64,000 nucleotides of DNA from Ophelia neglecta (lineage: Eukaryota): NCBI GenBank assembly GCA_965285935.1, contig OZ260663.1:14074001-14138000 (forward strand), given 5' to 3'. How positions within the stretch are numbered: the first letter of the stretch is position 1; the number at the start of each line of letters is the position of its first letter. The position numbers and the translations under genes are program-made. The notes beneath the pieces were generated by a model. The model made no database searches. It saw only the letters and a program-made list of their open reading frames with translations, and was not told where the DNA came from. Of the stretch, positions 28,701 through 43,400 are shown one piece after another.

Positions 28701-31700
28701 AAATGTATTATTGGTGATGTTTAATTCGTGACTAGTCAGTTGTAAACATTTTTGTGTATTGCACATTAATTGGAGACCCCGAATAAGTTGCTCGCACGTC
28801 CCCATCACAAAAATCGTGTTTTATTTCGTGAAAAGCGGATGCGCCTTAGGCATGATCAATCATCTCCTTAGATCTTAATATCCCCATCTTCCTTGTGAGC
28901 TGTGTCGGCTTGCCTAGATACAATAAAAGACTATAAATCTTTCGCCGATACGTGAGCTAAATATACGCCAGTCCTACTCATTACCTCCAACAACCATCCA
29001 TCACACTAACACCCACAATATCCGTCTGCTTATTTGGCTTTCCTTAACTCTCAAAATAACACACAGGAAGCGGAAGTTCATTGATCATTTTGACTGTCAG
29101 TGTGATATCGGACAATTTTTTCCCCAACAGAATGGTATTAATAAATTCGCTTCACAAGTTACTATTCCGTAAATCATCATTAGCAATGTTCAAATACGTA
29201 ACTTTTGTTATTTGAACATTATTTGTACCTTAAATGCTTTAACTTCGATTTACGGCACCACGTAGTAAGAAAGATTCACTGGCGCGATCGCCGTAATTGA
29301 GATGTATTCATATGTGCATTATGACATAATAAATAGTCATTTTGAATATTGTAAAGACAAAGCAAGCTTGATGTAAGGTGATGTTGACTAAAATACAGTG
29401 CCTACTGCCTTATTATCGATGTATTCACGCATATAATGTAATGTCATAGACGTCTTCCGCGGGTAAATCAGTTTGCAAAATGTATAGTTTCAAGGACACC
29501 ATGCAGGTTTGCGTGAAGTTTATGTATAGGTCAGTGGATGATAGGAATATTATAATTGCACTGCAACGATTTTACTATTCATTTCCTTGTGAGGCGGTAT
29601 GCGATAAACTATTGGAATATTGAAAAAACAAACATCAATACGAATTAGTCGAAAGTGGAAGAACGTGTTAATAAAGCAAAATCATATTTGAAATGGCCCA
29701 TCCATAATGATTAATGTTATGTTAATCAAATGACGTTGTACGTTATCAAGACAAGAACCATATAAGGTGAAAACGTAAAAGGAACTTAGAAATAAATCGT
29801 TTTAACAAATGTAATCTCGCAGTAAACGAACACACATTGTTTTACCGGCGTGTTTTCTGCCATAATAATACATTTTTGAAAAAGCATCTAGAAAGAAATG
29901 CCCTAATCGCCCATAATTCAGAAAGACCAGACGACTACTTATTTGTAAAAAAATTTGAAGTTTAATCGAGCTCTAACATGGTCTTAGTGCTTCATGCATT
30001 TCCGACACCTTTCAGACAGTCTGGGCCGCAAACCTCCACCAGTGGTTTTTTTAAAACTGTGCTAATTAATTGGAGGATCCACTTAAATAATTGTAGCTGA
30101 ACACATGAGACAGACAATTTGAATTAGTTTAAAGGCTCCATGCGGCTTTATATCGGCAAGTTAACCCAGGTCTAAGTTTCAATAGTTTAATGGAAACAGA
30201 GTATAGCCATGTAGCCATATAACCAGAACGTCTTGTTTGTAATTCTGGTCCTGTCTGTCATTGGTTTTGCCAATGAGAGGCTTATGTCTACGAGTTTCCA
30301 TACGCACACCTCGGCGTCTCTTCCGTCCCATCATCTTCATCTTTATCCCTATAGAGCAGCTCCTGTCAGAATGACAAGAATACCAATTACTAGCTGTGAC
30401 GACAGTTGTTTGCGTCTTTATATTGGCATCGTCATTAAAACAGACAAAGATGGGTTGTTTTTAGGTTTGGAGCCAATAATAATGGGCGTCGACGTAGATT
30501 TGCGATTTAATTGTACGTCTACTCCTGTCTTTCTGATCAGATTCCTTTAGGGTTAAGCAATGTGATAATTTTAAACAAACTTCCATCGGATCAAATTAAG
30601 AACCGGCGATGCTAGTCATAGTTTAAAACACGTCAGGCAATTAAGTTGCAACCAAGTATTACATGGGCAACGTTTGCTCCGCAACTCAAACAACTAACAA
30701 AAACGTATTTTCTGAGGCACGCGTTTGCCTTAATTAAGCCGCCCTTTAAAACAAAAATAAACGTATTGCATCAGCCAGTCTTTATGTTGGTCGTGCTTGC
30801 CATACCTTAGTTTACTACTGCTGTCAATGAATGTCAGTTTGTAAGGCTAGTAAATTGTTCACTGGCTTATCGTGTGAAGTCTGTTAAGAGGAAAGTTCTC
30901 CAGTATAACATTGGACGGAGTCAATAAAGTCCTTATGAAAGAATGTTTCCTGATCTCTGAACACTTGGTTATGTGCCTTTGTAGGAATGTTTTTCAGCAT
31001 GTCAACAAAGTTTTCACCCCTTGTTAGAGGGAATAATAATGATACGGATGAAATCATTGGAATGAATACCCGGATGACAGAGTGCTATATAACATATAAG
31101 CCTCTGTCAGTATGTCTTTATCAAGTGGACTTGATAAAGACAATGATTTCAATGGTTCTAGCAGTGTAACAATTAACACCATTCTTATATGTACTGTGTT
31201 TTAAAACGTGTCGCACTAACGATAATGCTGCAGATTGCTGGTGATTGTTCAGCCTGCAGCTATTCCTTGGAAAGACTTTTGAAAATACAAAACCTTAACA
31301 CACGGCTCTTTATCGACTGTTATGGTCTAAGGTACCTACATCACTCCCCGTCAACTCAATTCATAAATAATACTTTTGGAGCTAATTGCAAACGAAAGAA
31401 TCGGAAGGCGAATTCTGTTTGAGTCCGATTATTGAACAAATACATAGACAGCCACGAACAAAGTGCTATAGTAGTGCAATTAATTTTGATATTTTGTTTA
31501 CATGGCAAAGAAGCAAAATTTGAAATTTAAAGCATGCTTTAGTATACAAGATTTTGGACTGCCTTATTACTCAATTTTGTTATTAATTGGGAAATATGAC
31601 TGGATTAAACCCTTCCATAAAATAGAAATGCAGACTAACACATACAATATTAATTGTTATAATCGAAGACATTATGTATAAAGAATTACTTTCTTAATGC

Positions 31701-33803
31701 CACTATGCAAGCATGTAACCGGTGTATGAACGATTAGGTTCACTTATTTTGTTATTTATGATGTCCATACATACATGCATTGCCGTGCATTAAACTACAT
31801 AGGTTGTTGTCTATGAAGATAGATGCCAACGTTGCCAACTGTAACAGTTTTAACATGTGATGGTTCCTATGTATACATATGGACAGACATTTTTGAACAG
31901 TATTTTATACCAAAGGACAAACATGATATTCGAAGATATCATTATAAAAAGGAAGGGTTAGCTGAAGCAAACCCCCTTGAATGAAAAGGTATCTCATCTG
32001 CCTGAGCACGTTTCCTGATTAGCGACAGTCTGGCCCAGAGTAACCTCAGGTAACAAGGCTTCCCTCTTGAAACTATTTGCTAGGTGAATGCGTGTCCAAT
32101 TATATGCACTATTAAGCACAAATGTCTATTTTCCCACGCGCACAAGCTTCCGTAATTTACAAAACTCTTCAAAAAAGAGTGATTTGCCAATGCGCCTTGA
32201 TACCATGTGCGGGCTGGGCTATAAGAACATAACTTTGTCTCCAGATGCTTCAGAGTAAACATACGAATTAAATGCTATGTAATATAATTTTGTTGTTAAC
32301 CATATAAGTTTGGGAACCAGCCAGAAAGCTCCATACATCGGGAAAGAAACATTTAGTGTGGATATAAATAATTAACAATGCCGATTTTAGGTTTTCTGTT
32401 AATAAACTTAATCCTTCTAAAGATATCGGACTTCATAAGTTCTTTTTCCAAAAGTAACCTGACTTAACTGTGGCTACAGGCGAAGAAAACCTATAATGCT
32501 TTGACCAATTTCCGGTCTTGAGGAAGGTGTAATGCAATACCTCAAATGGTGTGGATGACCAGACGCTTTCCGGCTATTACAAACCCTCTTTACGCAACTG
32601 ACAAGTTGATGCGAAAAGATAAACGGTACATGGCAACAACAAAAACAAGAATTACGCCTGAGGTCTTTTTAATGGAAAGCCAAAGTCAACGCTGTAAAAT
32701 TTACAAGTGCGCCTAGCGGATATTGTTTCCGAAGTATTTTCATTATACACATGCTACATGAGGTATCTCAGCAACTTATGGTAAACAATGGCTTCACTTA
32801 GAAAATAGTGGAGCGACGTGAACGCAGGTAGTACATTTTGACGGACAATTGGTTGTCTTGATCACTCTAGTTCCTTATGAAAAGCCGCACATCGATTGTT
32901 ATGACAAACCAATGACTGCTGTGAAATGTTATTCTTCCTGTCAGCTCAGATTTTGTGGGAGTATGGAATGCATGTTTCTTTTACAAATTATTTGACAACA
33001 AATGTATTAATCGCTCCGAATGGTGAGGGTAGCTGTTGCATTATACACATACATGTTACTAACCTTTAATCAGTAATCTACATCGCAGTTCTTGATAAGT
33101 TGTCTGGCATTGACGCACAGTGAACTTCTGATATAAGGGCTATGCAGTTTGCCATGAAGTCTTACACTTGATGGAATTACACGCATCAAATGTCCGAAGG
33201 GCGTGTTTGATGTGACAAACTATAGGAAGTGTACCTATTACTTTCGCTTGGATACTCTCTCTTTACGGTGAAGCAATCATTCTGTAAATTATTTTTAATT
33301 TGCAATCAATTCCGCTAACTGTTACCTCAGATCTTCTTTTCACTTCATTTAATCAGTTTTCTCTGATATCATTTACAAGGCATAAATGCTGTAAAAACAT
33401 CTCCAAGCCTGTGATTTTTTTATTGGATATTTTATATAGAGTTAATGTCTAAAAGCATATAACAGACAAGAGGTAGAAGATAATTACCAAAGCAACAAAC
33501 AGTGCCTCTGCCATCCCCTAAATCATGTATATGTCGTTTTCACATACCTTTTGTGTGTGCCTAATAAAAATCCCGGCCATAAAACACATAATGCCAGCTG
33601 ATCTGACACTAAAAACCAAAAATCGACTGAATACCTGGCATTAAGAGAGGATTGGTGTTTTAGTGTGAAAAAAATACTTTGAAGTATCACATTGACGCAG
33701 AAAATCGACCAAGCGTTGAAAGGAAGAGAAATGAATTGTCTGGATTCGTTGAATAAATTTTAGGGTCAATAGTCTTATTTGATTCAGATCAGATAGAACC
33801 TGC

Positions 33804-34045
33804 GACCGGTTTCTGGGAGTGGTGTTAGGTCTAAACTCGGATTCAAATCAGGGTTTAAGTGCTTACTCGGTCTTAACTTGGTAATCGGACGTTCTGGAAG
33901 CTGAATTAGGACTTAAACTTAGCCACTTAGCCACTTTGGTCTTAATCTTAAGCCTGGTCAATTTAATGACTTGTTCTCAGCTAGTCGGTAATACTAGTAG
34001 GAAAAAGTAATCACATATCTTTAAACCGCTTTTAGAAACCCGGTT
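33804..34045. mobile_element. Degenerate MITE (possibly PIF/Harbinger-like)
   Basis: Imperfect terminal inverted repeats ACCGGTTTCTGGGAGTGGT / ACCGCTTTTAGAAACCCGGT with internal CTTAA/CTTAG repeats. Confidence 0.5.
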
Positions 34046-37000
34046 CAAGAGATATTATTTATCTGAACCTCACAGATAACCAAGAGTGACAAACTACAGG
34101 ACAGCAAAGATGTAGCCTGTCAGTCTTGTCGTTTTTGAATGATTCATTGTATTCGAGCTGTACCATCCAAGGTTCACAGTAGTGCGAGTCTGAGAGCTGG
34201 TTAAAAAAGACTGGGAGTGGATACCTGGTTAGCAATACCATTCCATTTAACTTAAACAGCCCATTAAATAGATTCGAAATCATCAGCAACTAACGACCAA
34301 GGCCGCATTGACATCAATCTCCCGCAAAGCTTTCGCTAATGTTTTCCATTATGAGTCCATTTAGACAGGACATGTTAACATGTTTACTGTTAAAAGAAAC
34401 AAATTGGGAAAAATGCGAAACTTTCCTGTGGGCGAATTTCCTAGGGAGCCCTGTTTCCAAACGAAATCACGCTACGTTACATAACACATTCACTCTGCTG
34501 GAATTAAAATTTGGCACAATATAATTTGCGAAATTGGTTTGGTTTCAATAGATTCAAAATTCACCCAAGCTTTATCAATACCAGCTTTAAATAGACTGGT
34601 ACATGACGTGTATTAAACTTGAAATGTTAACCGCTGTCAGAATTACGGAGGTCATGAAAAGGAGCTTTATTTTTTACCATGATCAATCGAAAACTGTTGG
34701 TATGGTGGATACTACCTCCTGATCGGTCATTCACTCAAATGTGTGTTCTTATATTTTTTTTTGTGATATCTGGGAACTTTGTTTCAGAAACACTTTATAT
34801 CACAAGCACAAATTGCTGGCATTCTAAAGCTCGGAAATGCTTCTCTATGGGTATGCATTCTGCCTTTTATGTGAATATCCTGGTTGGTAGGAGAAAATGA
34901 CTTATGCCACGCCTTTCGGCCAAGTGTCATGCAGTTTAACATGCAGCTGTGTTGTGTCAGCATGAAACGTAGAATGACCTACACCTCGTCCAAACATTCA
35001 ATCAGACACATTGCTTGAATATTCAATTTCAGATTTCGTATCTGCAAATCATGTACCGCTTGTTTTTTGCTTGGTAAAAATATTAACGAATTTACTTTCT
35101 CGACCATTAAGTTGCACCATTATCATTGAAATGGAAGGCAAAATTGCCCTGTGAAAGTTTCCAGTTCCCCTAGTTAAATCACATATGAATAAATTTGTCA
35201 GTGTGGTAGACTCCAGTCATCTAGGTGTTATGTTACGAGATAACATTTAGGCATAAACCCAGGTGCACAGATTGCCTGGCACAACTAGGTTGACAAACGT
35301 TACAATATCACAGCTGTAGCCGAGATAAATATTTTATCTGCAATTAGGCATTCCGTGGCAAGATTTACGTTCTCCTATATGCGCGGAATGTGCTGTGTTT
35401 AGTTGCTGGGTCTGATTAATAAACATAAAACGAACCATGATGTATATATCATAATAATATAAGGCACTAAGAAATGTATTATTATTAAACCTCTTGATAA
35501 TTTAACAGCAAACTCTGTCTGACATTATAATGCCCAGAATCTTTTGGTTGTTCAGAAACATGAATAACGCCCTATATAAGTTTTCATCTGTGCAAACTAA
35601 CATGTGTCCTCTGGGTGTTGTTTAAATTCTATTGAAGTGCTGTCTTTTTTTTATCAGGAGCTAAATCAAACAGTGTGAAAATCACGTGATTGGCGCAGAT
35701 TATTGTATTGCGCCGCTGTTTGTGGTTGATAATAAAATCCAATCCCGTCTAAAGATTTGTAGCAATTTTATTTAGGTTGCTGAAACGGTGAAAATAGAAT
35801 CGATAAAGTGTAAATGTAGTTTTTCTTTTCCTGAATCAAGCTGAATAAAAAATGGTAATATTTTACAGAATAAAATATGCGAATTCCACACGAATCTCCC
35901 GAATGCTAGGTGTGTATGGCGGTACACAGTTGTTGTAGGCCTTGCAAGCTACTTATATCATTAAAAGTTTAAAAAGTGTCACTTAGACTATTGTCTGTTA
36001 TCGTCAGGAGCTATTCGTCCGCTCAACATGCCTAATGCAAGACTTTCGCATCATGGCGTCCAACTTTTGTAACAACGCTATCTACATAAATCAATATTAA
36101 TGGCAGACATTATATTTCATGTGAGGTTTTAAGGAGCATAAATATTAAATCGAAGGTTCTGCTTGGTTTTGCCAATATCTCCATTTAGCCATGAAAGTAG
36201 ACTAGCTGGACGAGGTTTCTTTCTCATACGTTTAAAATCGTGCCATTCAATTCTTTATTCGTTAAAACATCAAAGAGTATACAATTTCGAATATTTAGAC
36301 TGCGACTAAAACGAACCATGCAAATATAATCACACTAAGTAAAATGAATTATCCCAAATGCAATTGTTGTTCAAACAGAGGTTGTGTATAAATGTGTAAT
36401 AGATAATGCGGTCTTAAAACAAGCCTTGTGTTTTTATTTTTAATTATTAACTTAACCTCCCATTCGTTAAAAGCAACATTTTCATTCGACCAGCATAGAA
36501 GCTATATATTTCACTTTTCCCAAAAATAAATTTCCTCTGTAAACCTCAGCTGGACACTGCACAGTGGTTATAGGCTGGCCAAACTGGACAACGTATTACT
36601 ATTTTTCTGGATGCTCCTATTCGTAAGGAAGCCTTTGCTCTAGAATGGAAAATCAGTTACATATGCCTAATCGTTCATACTACAGTTGCTATTGTCAAAA
36701 TAACAGATGATACACTGACAATAATGCACTCTGTTGGACTAACCCACACCAAAAACATTTATATTCGGCATGGTAAGAATCGCTGCCTTGGTAGATAATT
36801 GATATTTCAATATGGACAGGGTGGTTAGATATTTAAGCACATATAATAGTGGCTGAAAATATCGTGCTGATATAAAAAGAATTAATTCTGTGAAAACGAT
36901 AAAAGACGGGATCAGGTAAAATATCCTTGACGTTTCCTTCGAAATACCAAAATGAAGGAGAGAAATGTAAGATATTACGTTGATAACACAAAGTGAAACG

Positions 37001-39340
37001 TTATTAGGGCTAGATTGTTCTTAAATGTGTCAGGTGACATAGGAAATAGACTAATACGGTTATTATGTTGATTCAAGTCTTGTATTGTTTCATCCAGATC
37101 AACATCTATATCTCAAGGGGGTTTAAGCTGTACTGTTGGACACGAAATTTCGTGTTATGCTTTATTTTACTCAATGTCATCCTCGGGGCATGGAAACTGA
37201 GACTGGAAGTCGGATATGGGCTAGACGGATAGTAAAAACAAATTATGGCCCTGCCGAATGACACGGCTACAATGTGCATATTTATGTTAACTGGAAATAG
37301 GCCTCCATTTCTACACGTCGTCCATTTTGCCGCAAAATTTTATGACATACAATGTAACTTGCCTGTTCACAAGGATGACATCGTAGGACCTACCTGCGCC
37401 CCCAAAGCATGTAGCAAGTTCTCGCCAATTCTTCGTCAGGCACTGCTTGTGCCTTAGCCGTGGTTGCACTTGTGCATTATAAATTTAGTATTGTGTCATA
37501 CGCTAAACATGAAATAAAAACCCATCAGGTTCTGACGTATTGGTAAAAAGTAACACATATCGAGTGGATATTAATCAAATGTGTTTCATTTTTAAAATCA
37601 TGTGAATAGTTAATGCTTATATAGTCGAATCACGACACTGCCATCACATGTATACACTGTATTTAAAATGTAACGCTTTTTTTCTAAACCTCAAGTGCTT
37701 GTCAATGCAATTAACTTGCTGACTACTTTCAACATGTAGAAAAGCATGGTCAATTGTCAACTTGATTCAAGGCAAGTATAGGCCGGGAAATATTTCTGAC
37801 TGCACCAAACCATATGTACACGAAGAATAAATGCAAATAGCCGAAAAGGCCTTCACTCAAATTTGTCACAGGTAAAATAAGTTTATTTTATTCGGATGCA
37901 GATAAGTGTGTACCATGTAGTAACTAACGCCTATACTCATTAAGCTGAATCGGATGTGCATGGTCGATCGTTTTTTTCTTACTATCGGATAGAGTAGATG
38001 GCTCAATAATATAGTGAAACGAAATTATTGAAAAAGGAACTGTAAATTGCATTCTGTATCAGTTGAGCACATAGAACGTACATTTCCTCTAAATTGACGG
38101 CCGCCAGACTGGATTAATCACCAATCTTCGCTCAATAAAATGGCCGCTCCACAACGAAATAAGGAACTATATTTTTTCTCCAAAGAGGCAAAACCAATAA
38201 CTTATGTCGGGAACTGTTAGGCTAAGAGACGAGACTTTTCGCGGTATGAGACAAGGCATGTTCCACCTGGTGTCGTGAAAAGTTGATTTGCCGACATTAC
38301 TACGACAATATTTCGACCTAAACAAGAACTCAACCTGACAGGTGGTCGCGACGACAGCTGACGTATGGTCGTGCACATACCTGTATCTGAAGTTCCTTTT
38401 AGTAATCAGATAGTATTATTATCAGTCGGACGTTTGAAGACACTAATGTATGCGGAATAGAACAAAATAATCAATAGTCAGCGTTAGCATTAATACAAAC
38501 ATTGCCTTCATTTAGCCGAAGCAGTGATGCCTTTGTCTTTCATCATTGACTGGATATTCACATGGATACAAACTTTGAAAAAATGCGAGTTGATACCCGG
38601 AAGACAAAGCAGTATCAGTGACTTGGAATCGTCCATTTAATCAGTCCAAATCATCGGGAGACTGCAGCTCCGAGACACTGCGACATGTCACTACTCGTGG
38701 TTTAATTCACTGCGTTGTTTTTCAGGAATCCGCTCGCATATTTGCTCATTAAAAATGTGCAATGTATGGCTCTCACGCTCTAAACAGGCCAAAATATTGT
38801 ATTAGCCGATAATGGATAGATCTTACACAGTGTTACATGAGCCTTTGATGGAGTGCGTTAAATGTTTCCCATACTGAATTCGTTCCAGCATATTTGGCTT
38901 GCCTGGCTGGCGGGCATTTTTGCCTCTGTTCTGGGAGAGACTCATTATCTCACCACCCGGACCTGATCAACTCGCGTGGGTCTCATGACCACCTAAGGGT
39001 GACAAGTATCCATTTCATGTTCTCATAATGACATAGACCTAATGAATAAACTTACCAACTGTTAGCAATGGGGTGACAGTAATTTGCGCCAAGAGAACCT
39101 TGGCTCACATATATTGCAAAGCCACATAGACCTATTCGGATTTCTGCGTAATAAATTAACGGAGGCACTACATAAACAAACACACACCGCTCACATATAT
39201 AAATATGTCCATTTACTAAGTCACGACTGACTGGTTTGACTAGCTTGATGCTTGATAACAGACTAAACTAGATAGTGCGTTACCGGTTTTTATGTGTCAA
39301 ATAAACACTTGTAGCTATCGCTTCCTGGATATTTTTAGCA

Positions 39341-39579
39341 GGGGTCGGCTGTTTAAAGAGTTTTAGAATTAGACTTTAACTTTCGTTCCATAATTTCAAA
39401 CTTAGACTTGAACTTCTGACTTCAACTAAAACGACTTGAATGGGTTGTTAAAAGATTCTAAGATTCAATTCAATTTTGATTTTAGACTTCGACTTGGGGT
39501 TTACTTAAGAATGTCAAGTATCTTAGACTTTAGACTAAGAAAAAAAATTAAAAGCAAGAATCTTCTACAAATCAGCACC
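39341..39579. mobile_element. Degenerate MITE-like repeat with (TTAGAC/TTCGAC) subrepeats
   Basis: Many TAGACTT/GACTT units; weak inverted ends GGGGTCGGCT.. / ..AATCAGCACC. Confidence 0.3.
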
Positions 39580-40101
39580 AGTATTATATATATTTTTTAA
39601 ATATAAACACTTTATTAGCGATTTTGATTTGCTAGCCTGGTATCTTATCTTCATTTCATGTCAGTTCTATATTCAGTAATACACTACACATCTGTAATGT
39701 CGGCTAATTGATTTCTTAATGTGGCCGAATATTGGCTGCGAAACGGGAGTGTTTAGTTATATCGTGCAAACATACCACCTTCGTGATAGTATTCACATCT
39801 TATTAAGTACAGAGCACTTGAACGTAGCGTTTGTTTAAGTAGATTATATCTGAAATTTGGGCCTTTTTCCTTCATAATTTACTTCGATTGGGGCTCAACG
39901 TATATCTAGAAAAATATTATGGTATTTACAATGAAGAGTAAGTCGACAGTTTAAATACAAATATCTGTGTCAACGAGGTGTAAATATTTGTAAAGTTTTT
40001 TTTCGGAGCAGTAGAATTCTGAACCGTTAAACTGTTGTCTATATATCGTATAATATATGTCTACTAGTAACATGGTTTTCTTATGTAATCTAGTATTCAT
40101 A

Positions 40102-40279
40102 CAGTGAAACCTTCCTTAAAGACCACCTCTATAAGTAGACCATCTGCAAATTCAGACTACTAATATGAAGACCAAAGTATACCCTTTCAATGCAAAATAA
40201 CCTGTGTAAACAGACCGCCTCTGTAATCAGACCAGTATTTGCCAGACCCTTGGGTGGTCTTAATTCACAGGTTTCACTG
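40102..40279. mobile_element. Tc1/mariner-pogo type MITE (178 bp)
   Basis: TIRs CAGTGAAACCT / AGGTTTCACTG flanked by TA duplication (40100-01, 40280-81); internal AGACC repeats with an inverted GGTGGTCTTAA. Confidence 0.85.
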
Positions 40280-40281
40280 TA

Positions 40282-40389
40282 GTTGTATTTTACGTTTGCT
40301 TTCATGTAATCTAGTATTCATGTTTGTATTTTATGTCATTTCATGTAATATAATAGTCATGTTTGTATTTTATGTCTTTTCAGGTAAGT
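40282..40389. repeat. 39-40 bp tandem repeat overlapping the splice acceptor
   Basis: GTTTGTATTTTATGTC.TTTCATGTAAT.TA.TA.TCAT x about 2.7; a further partial unit at about 40078-40100 precedes the MITE. Confidence 0.85.
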
Positions 40390-40453
40390 TTTCTGCTCTT
40401 TAAGCACATTAATTAGGCATGCTCTCTTGCAAGAATACCAGTCCAAGGTAAGT
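40361..40453 (+). other. Candidate recursive splice site with 64-nt cryptic exon (40384-40447)
   Basis: GTTTGTATTTTATGTCTTTTCAG|GTAAGT, second consensus donor AAG|GTAAGT at 40448. Confidence 0.65.
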
Positions 40454-43400
40454 GGAATAGCTATTTTATAATAAGCCTTGAAAAAAATAGATCCTACGGC
40501 TAATGACTCATGGTTTGACTAAGTTTAGAGTTCTATATTCTACAGCAAGCTGACCAATCGTGGATTGAGTCGGTTTAGTAATTTATTCTACAGCCAGCAG
40601 GCGAGACATGGAGTGCTCCTTTTAGTGTTTCGTTCGGGAGCGTCCTTTTAAACTACGTAACTCTATCCACGCCATCTTTGGTCGATTATGATTGACTCTC
40701 TCAGAATTAAACATTGTACATATCATTGACGAGCAATGTCTTCGGCTTTTTTTCGTACAATGAAGCTCGCTCTGATATTAAGCCCTACCTTAGAAAGAAT
40801 AAAATGTTATGTATGGAGCCATCTAAAACAAGAAATATTTAAAGGTTTCGATGAAACTCGACAGTATTGGGCTTAGATAGCCTGCGGAGCTTGCACTTAC
40901 TGAGCAAATTGGCATGCATGATCGTTCCCAATTTCACGAAAAAAATGGGTATTTTTCCTTCACTGCGCATGCATGTAATCCCGAAAAAGGTTTTTTTTTT
41001 TCATCAAACAGGCTTCGCGATAGTTAAAAAAGGAGTATTATTTCAGCCTGATTCTAACAGACAATGGGTCGCCAGAAGCTGTTCATAGTTGTTGTCATAA
41101 TGTTATGTTTTTCCTCCGGTAAAATCACCATGTCAAAAGGAATAATAAGGTATTTTCACTCCTTACCTAATAAGAGTTACTTTAAAAAAGTGGTATTTAA
41201 GATGAAAAATCGGGTTTTTCCCGAAAGAAAAAAACAAGACGTGGAAATACATATAGAAGTCAGTGGAATAGAGGGGATTTTTCAAAGATGAGGACTATTA
41301 TATGTTCTTTATTTATCAGACTCCGGGAGACGTCCATACATGGGAAAATATGAGGAAATGGCCTCCGGAAATGGGTATTGATGTCGCACATCTGTCTGTT
41401 AAATGATGATTCAATGATGCAAACATGAACGTCTCCCAAACCTGGGTCATTAATCGCAGATATATTGTTGTATAGATAATTAGGATAAATAAAAAGTGAA
41501 CTGGTAATATGACTCATGCATATGCTCAATCCATGATAAACATCCTGGTCAGTCAGGAATTTACCCCACACATAAATGATGTGTGTCCCCCCCCCCCCCC
41601 CCGACTGATAACAATGGCTATAGAACCAAGTGCCTCACCTAGCCATCTGACCAATCGCCTCACAACAGCGGCAAAGAATGCAGACCGACGTGTCGTAGTA
41701 CAAATGTGTTTTAGAACTACAAGATATTTGTGACATGGGCTCTTCTTACTAGACACAACGTGATATGCGCCCGATACAAATGTAACATCGGCGACAATTG
41801 GTTACAATATCACTCGGGTATAATATTAGGTCCTAGAACACAGCTACGAGTGTTTGGAGAAAGGTTTTAACCCCTATGCATGCCATAACGACACTCACCA
41901 CCTGCGACACCCATAACTTCCGTAATCATTTAAATAATACATGCCAACAGCGACTACTTAAATGTCCGAATGTTAGTTTACTTATTACATGTTGATTTTT
42001 GATTATAAACAAATTATTTGCTTGTGTACGGGTATACAGAAGTGCCTGTTGATCTAGTCATTATGCTTATGTATTATCGGCTTTTAACGTCACTGTGTTC
42101 TCAATATTATAGTAACTGAGGTTTTCCATAGCAGTCCATAATTTAAGCACTAATAAGCAGAAACGATCCTGCGGGCAGACTTCTGAACGGAAGAAATAAT
42201 GACTAGATCAATAATTAGCTATATAAAAGTAATTGTATATGCCTCATTTGAGCTGACTTGCTTCCGGCTTGGTCAGTCGCTTTTGTCAGACGGCTATGGC
42301 ACCCTCCTCCCCAATCATCGCCCATCTGGCTCATTACCTACATTTGTCTCATTGTAAGTCAACTGCATGGGAAATACTTTTCCTGCCACCCAAGGAATGT
42401 TTCATGATTTCCGCGTCCTGGCCCAACTTCAGACTTATTTTATGCCTTGTACCACTACTGATTTTTCACCTGTTAACCAGAAAAGGTTTAAATGCGTTGT
42501 CGTTAGCTAAGTATCCACGGCCTTTACCTGATTGCCGGCTGACTTATCCAATTTCGCAGAAACTACAGCTCACTGTTGTACAGGATTTAATAAAATAATT
42601 ACGCTCTTTTTTACAATTTTTTAAATGTAGCTAGAAATATGCACGAGGTTATAGCGCAGCCGACAGTTTCAAAAAGCTTTGCACAGCTCATATAGGATCG
42701 ATCTTGCATAAATGACTGGATGTATTTGCTGGTTACCACGAACTTAACCGAACTTACTCAATGCAGGTTGATGTAAGTACACAGCGTTAAGTGAAACAAT
42801 ATTTTTACATCAACAGTATAAGTTACTACTTCGTGTAACGCTTGCCATTCTCGTCTACCAGGAAATGTTAATCTCTTTGATCTAGGAATTCACACTCATG
42901 TCCTTGCACCTGAAGACCCTGGAATTGTCAAGGCCAACATGGTCTTGAATAGACTCTGGCCTGGTATTGGGGTCTGAAACGGACTGATCTGATTTGCTGA
43001 TTCTAAAGGTTTTGGTTTTTATACTGTTCATGCGTGATTGTGGCCTTAGGAATTTGTGGTAGTTGGTTCGTTTGAACTTTTATTCATTTAATGAGTTCAT
43101 TGTAGGCAAGGAATGATAAATTTGTTCTTTGGTGGACTCGAATATACACTTACGCTGGTTCCATTTGAAGCTAGTGTTACATAGTTCGCCTTAGCTTACA
43201 AGGCACTTAGAACATCTGGGCTGTTTGCATCAAATCTTCCAATTGGATTGATTTCAATGTCAATTAAAACAAGAAGTGTGTTTAATGCGTCAGGGAAGTA
43301 TAATGTCAATGTTACATACGCAGGTGGTTGATTATTGCAATGCAATCTTATATGAAAGAAGCCACGTCCATCCTTTACGTAAAGCTAATCTATACCACCT

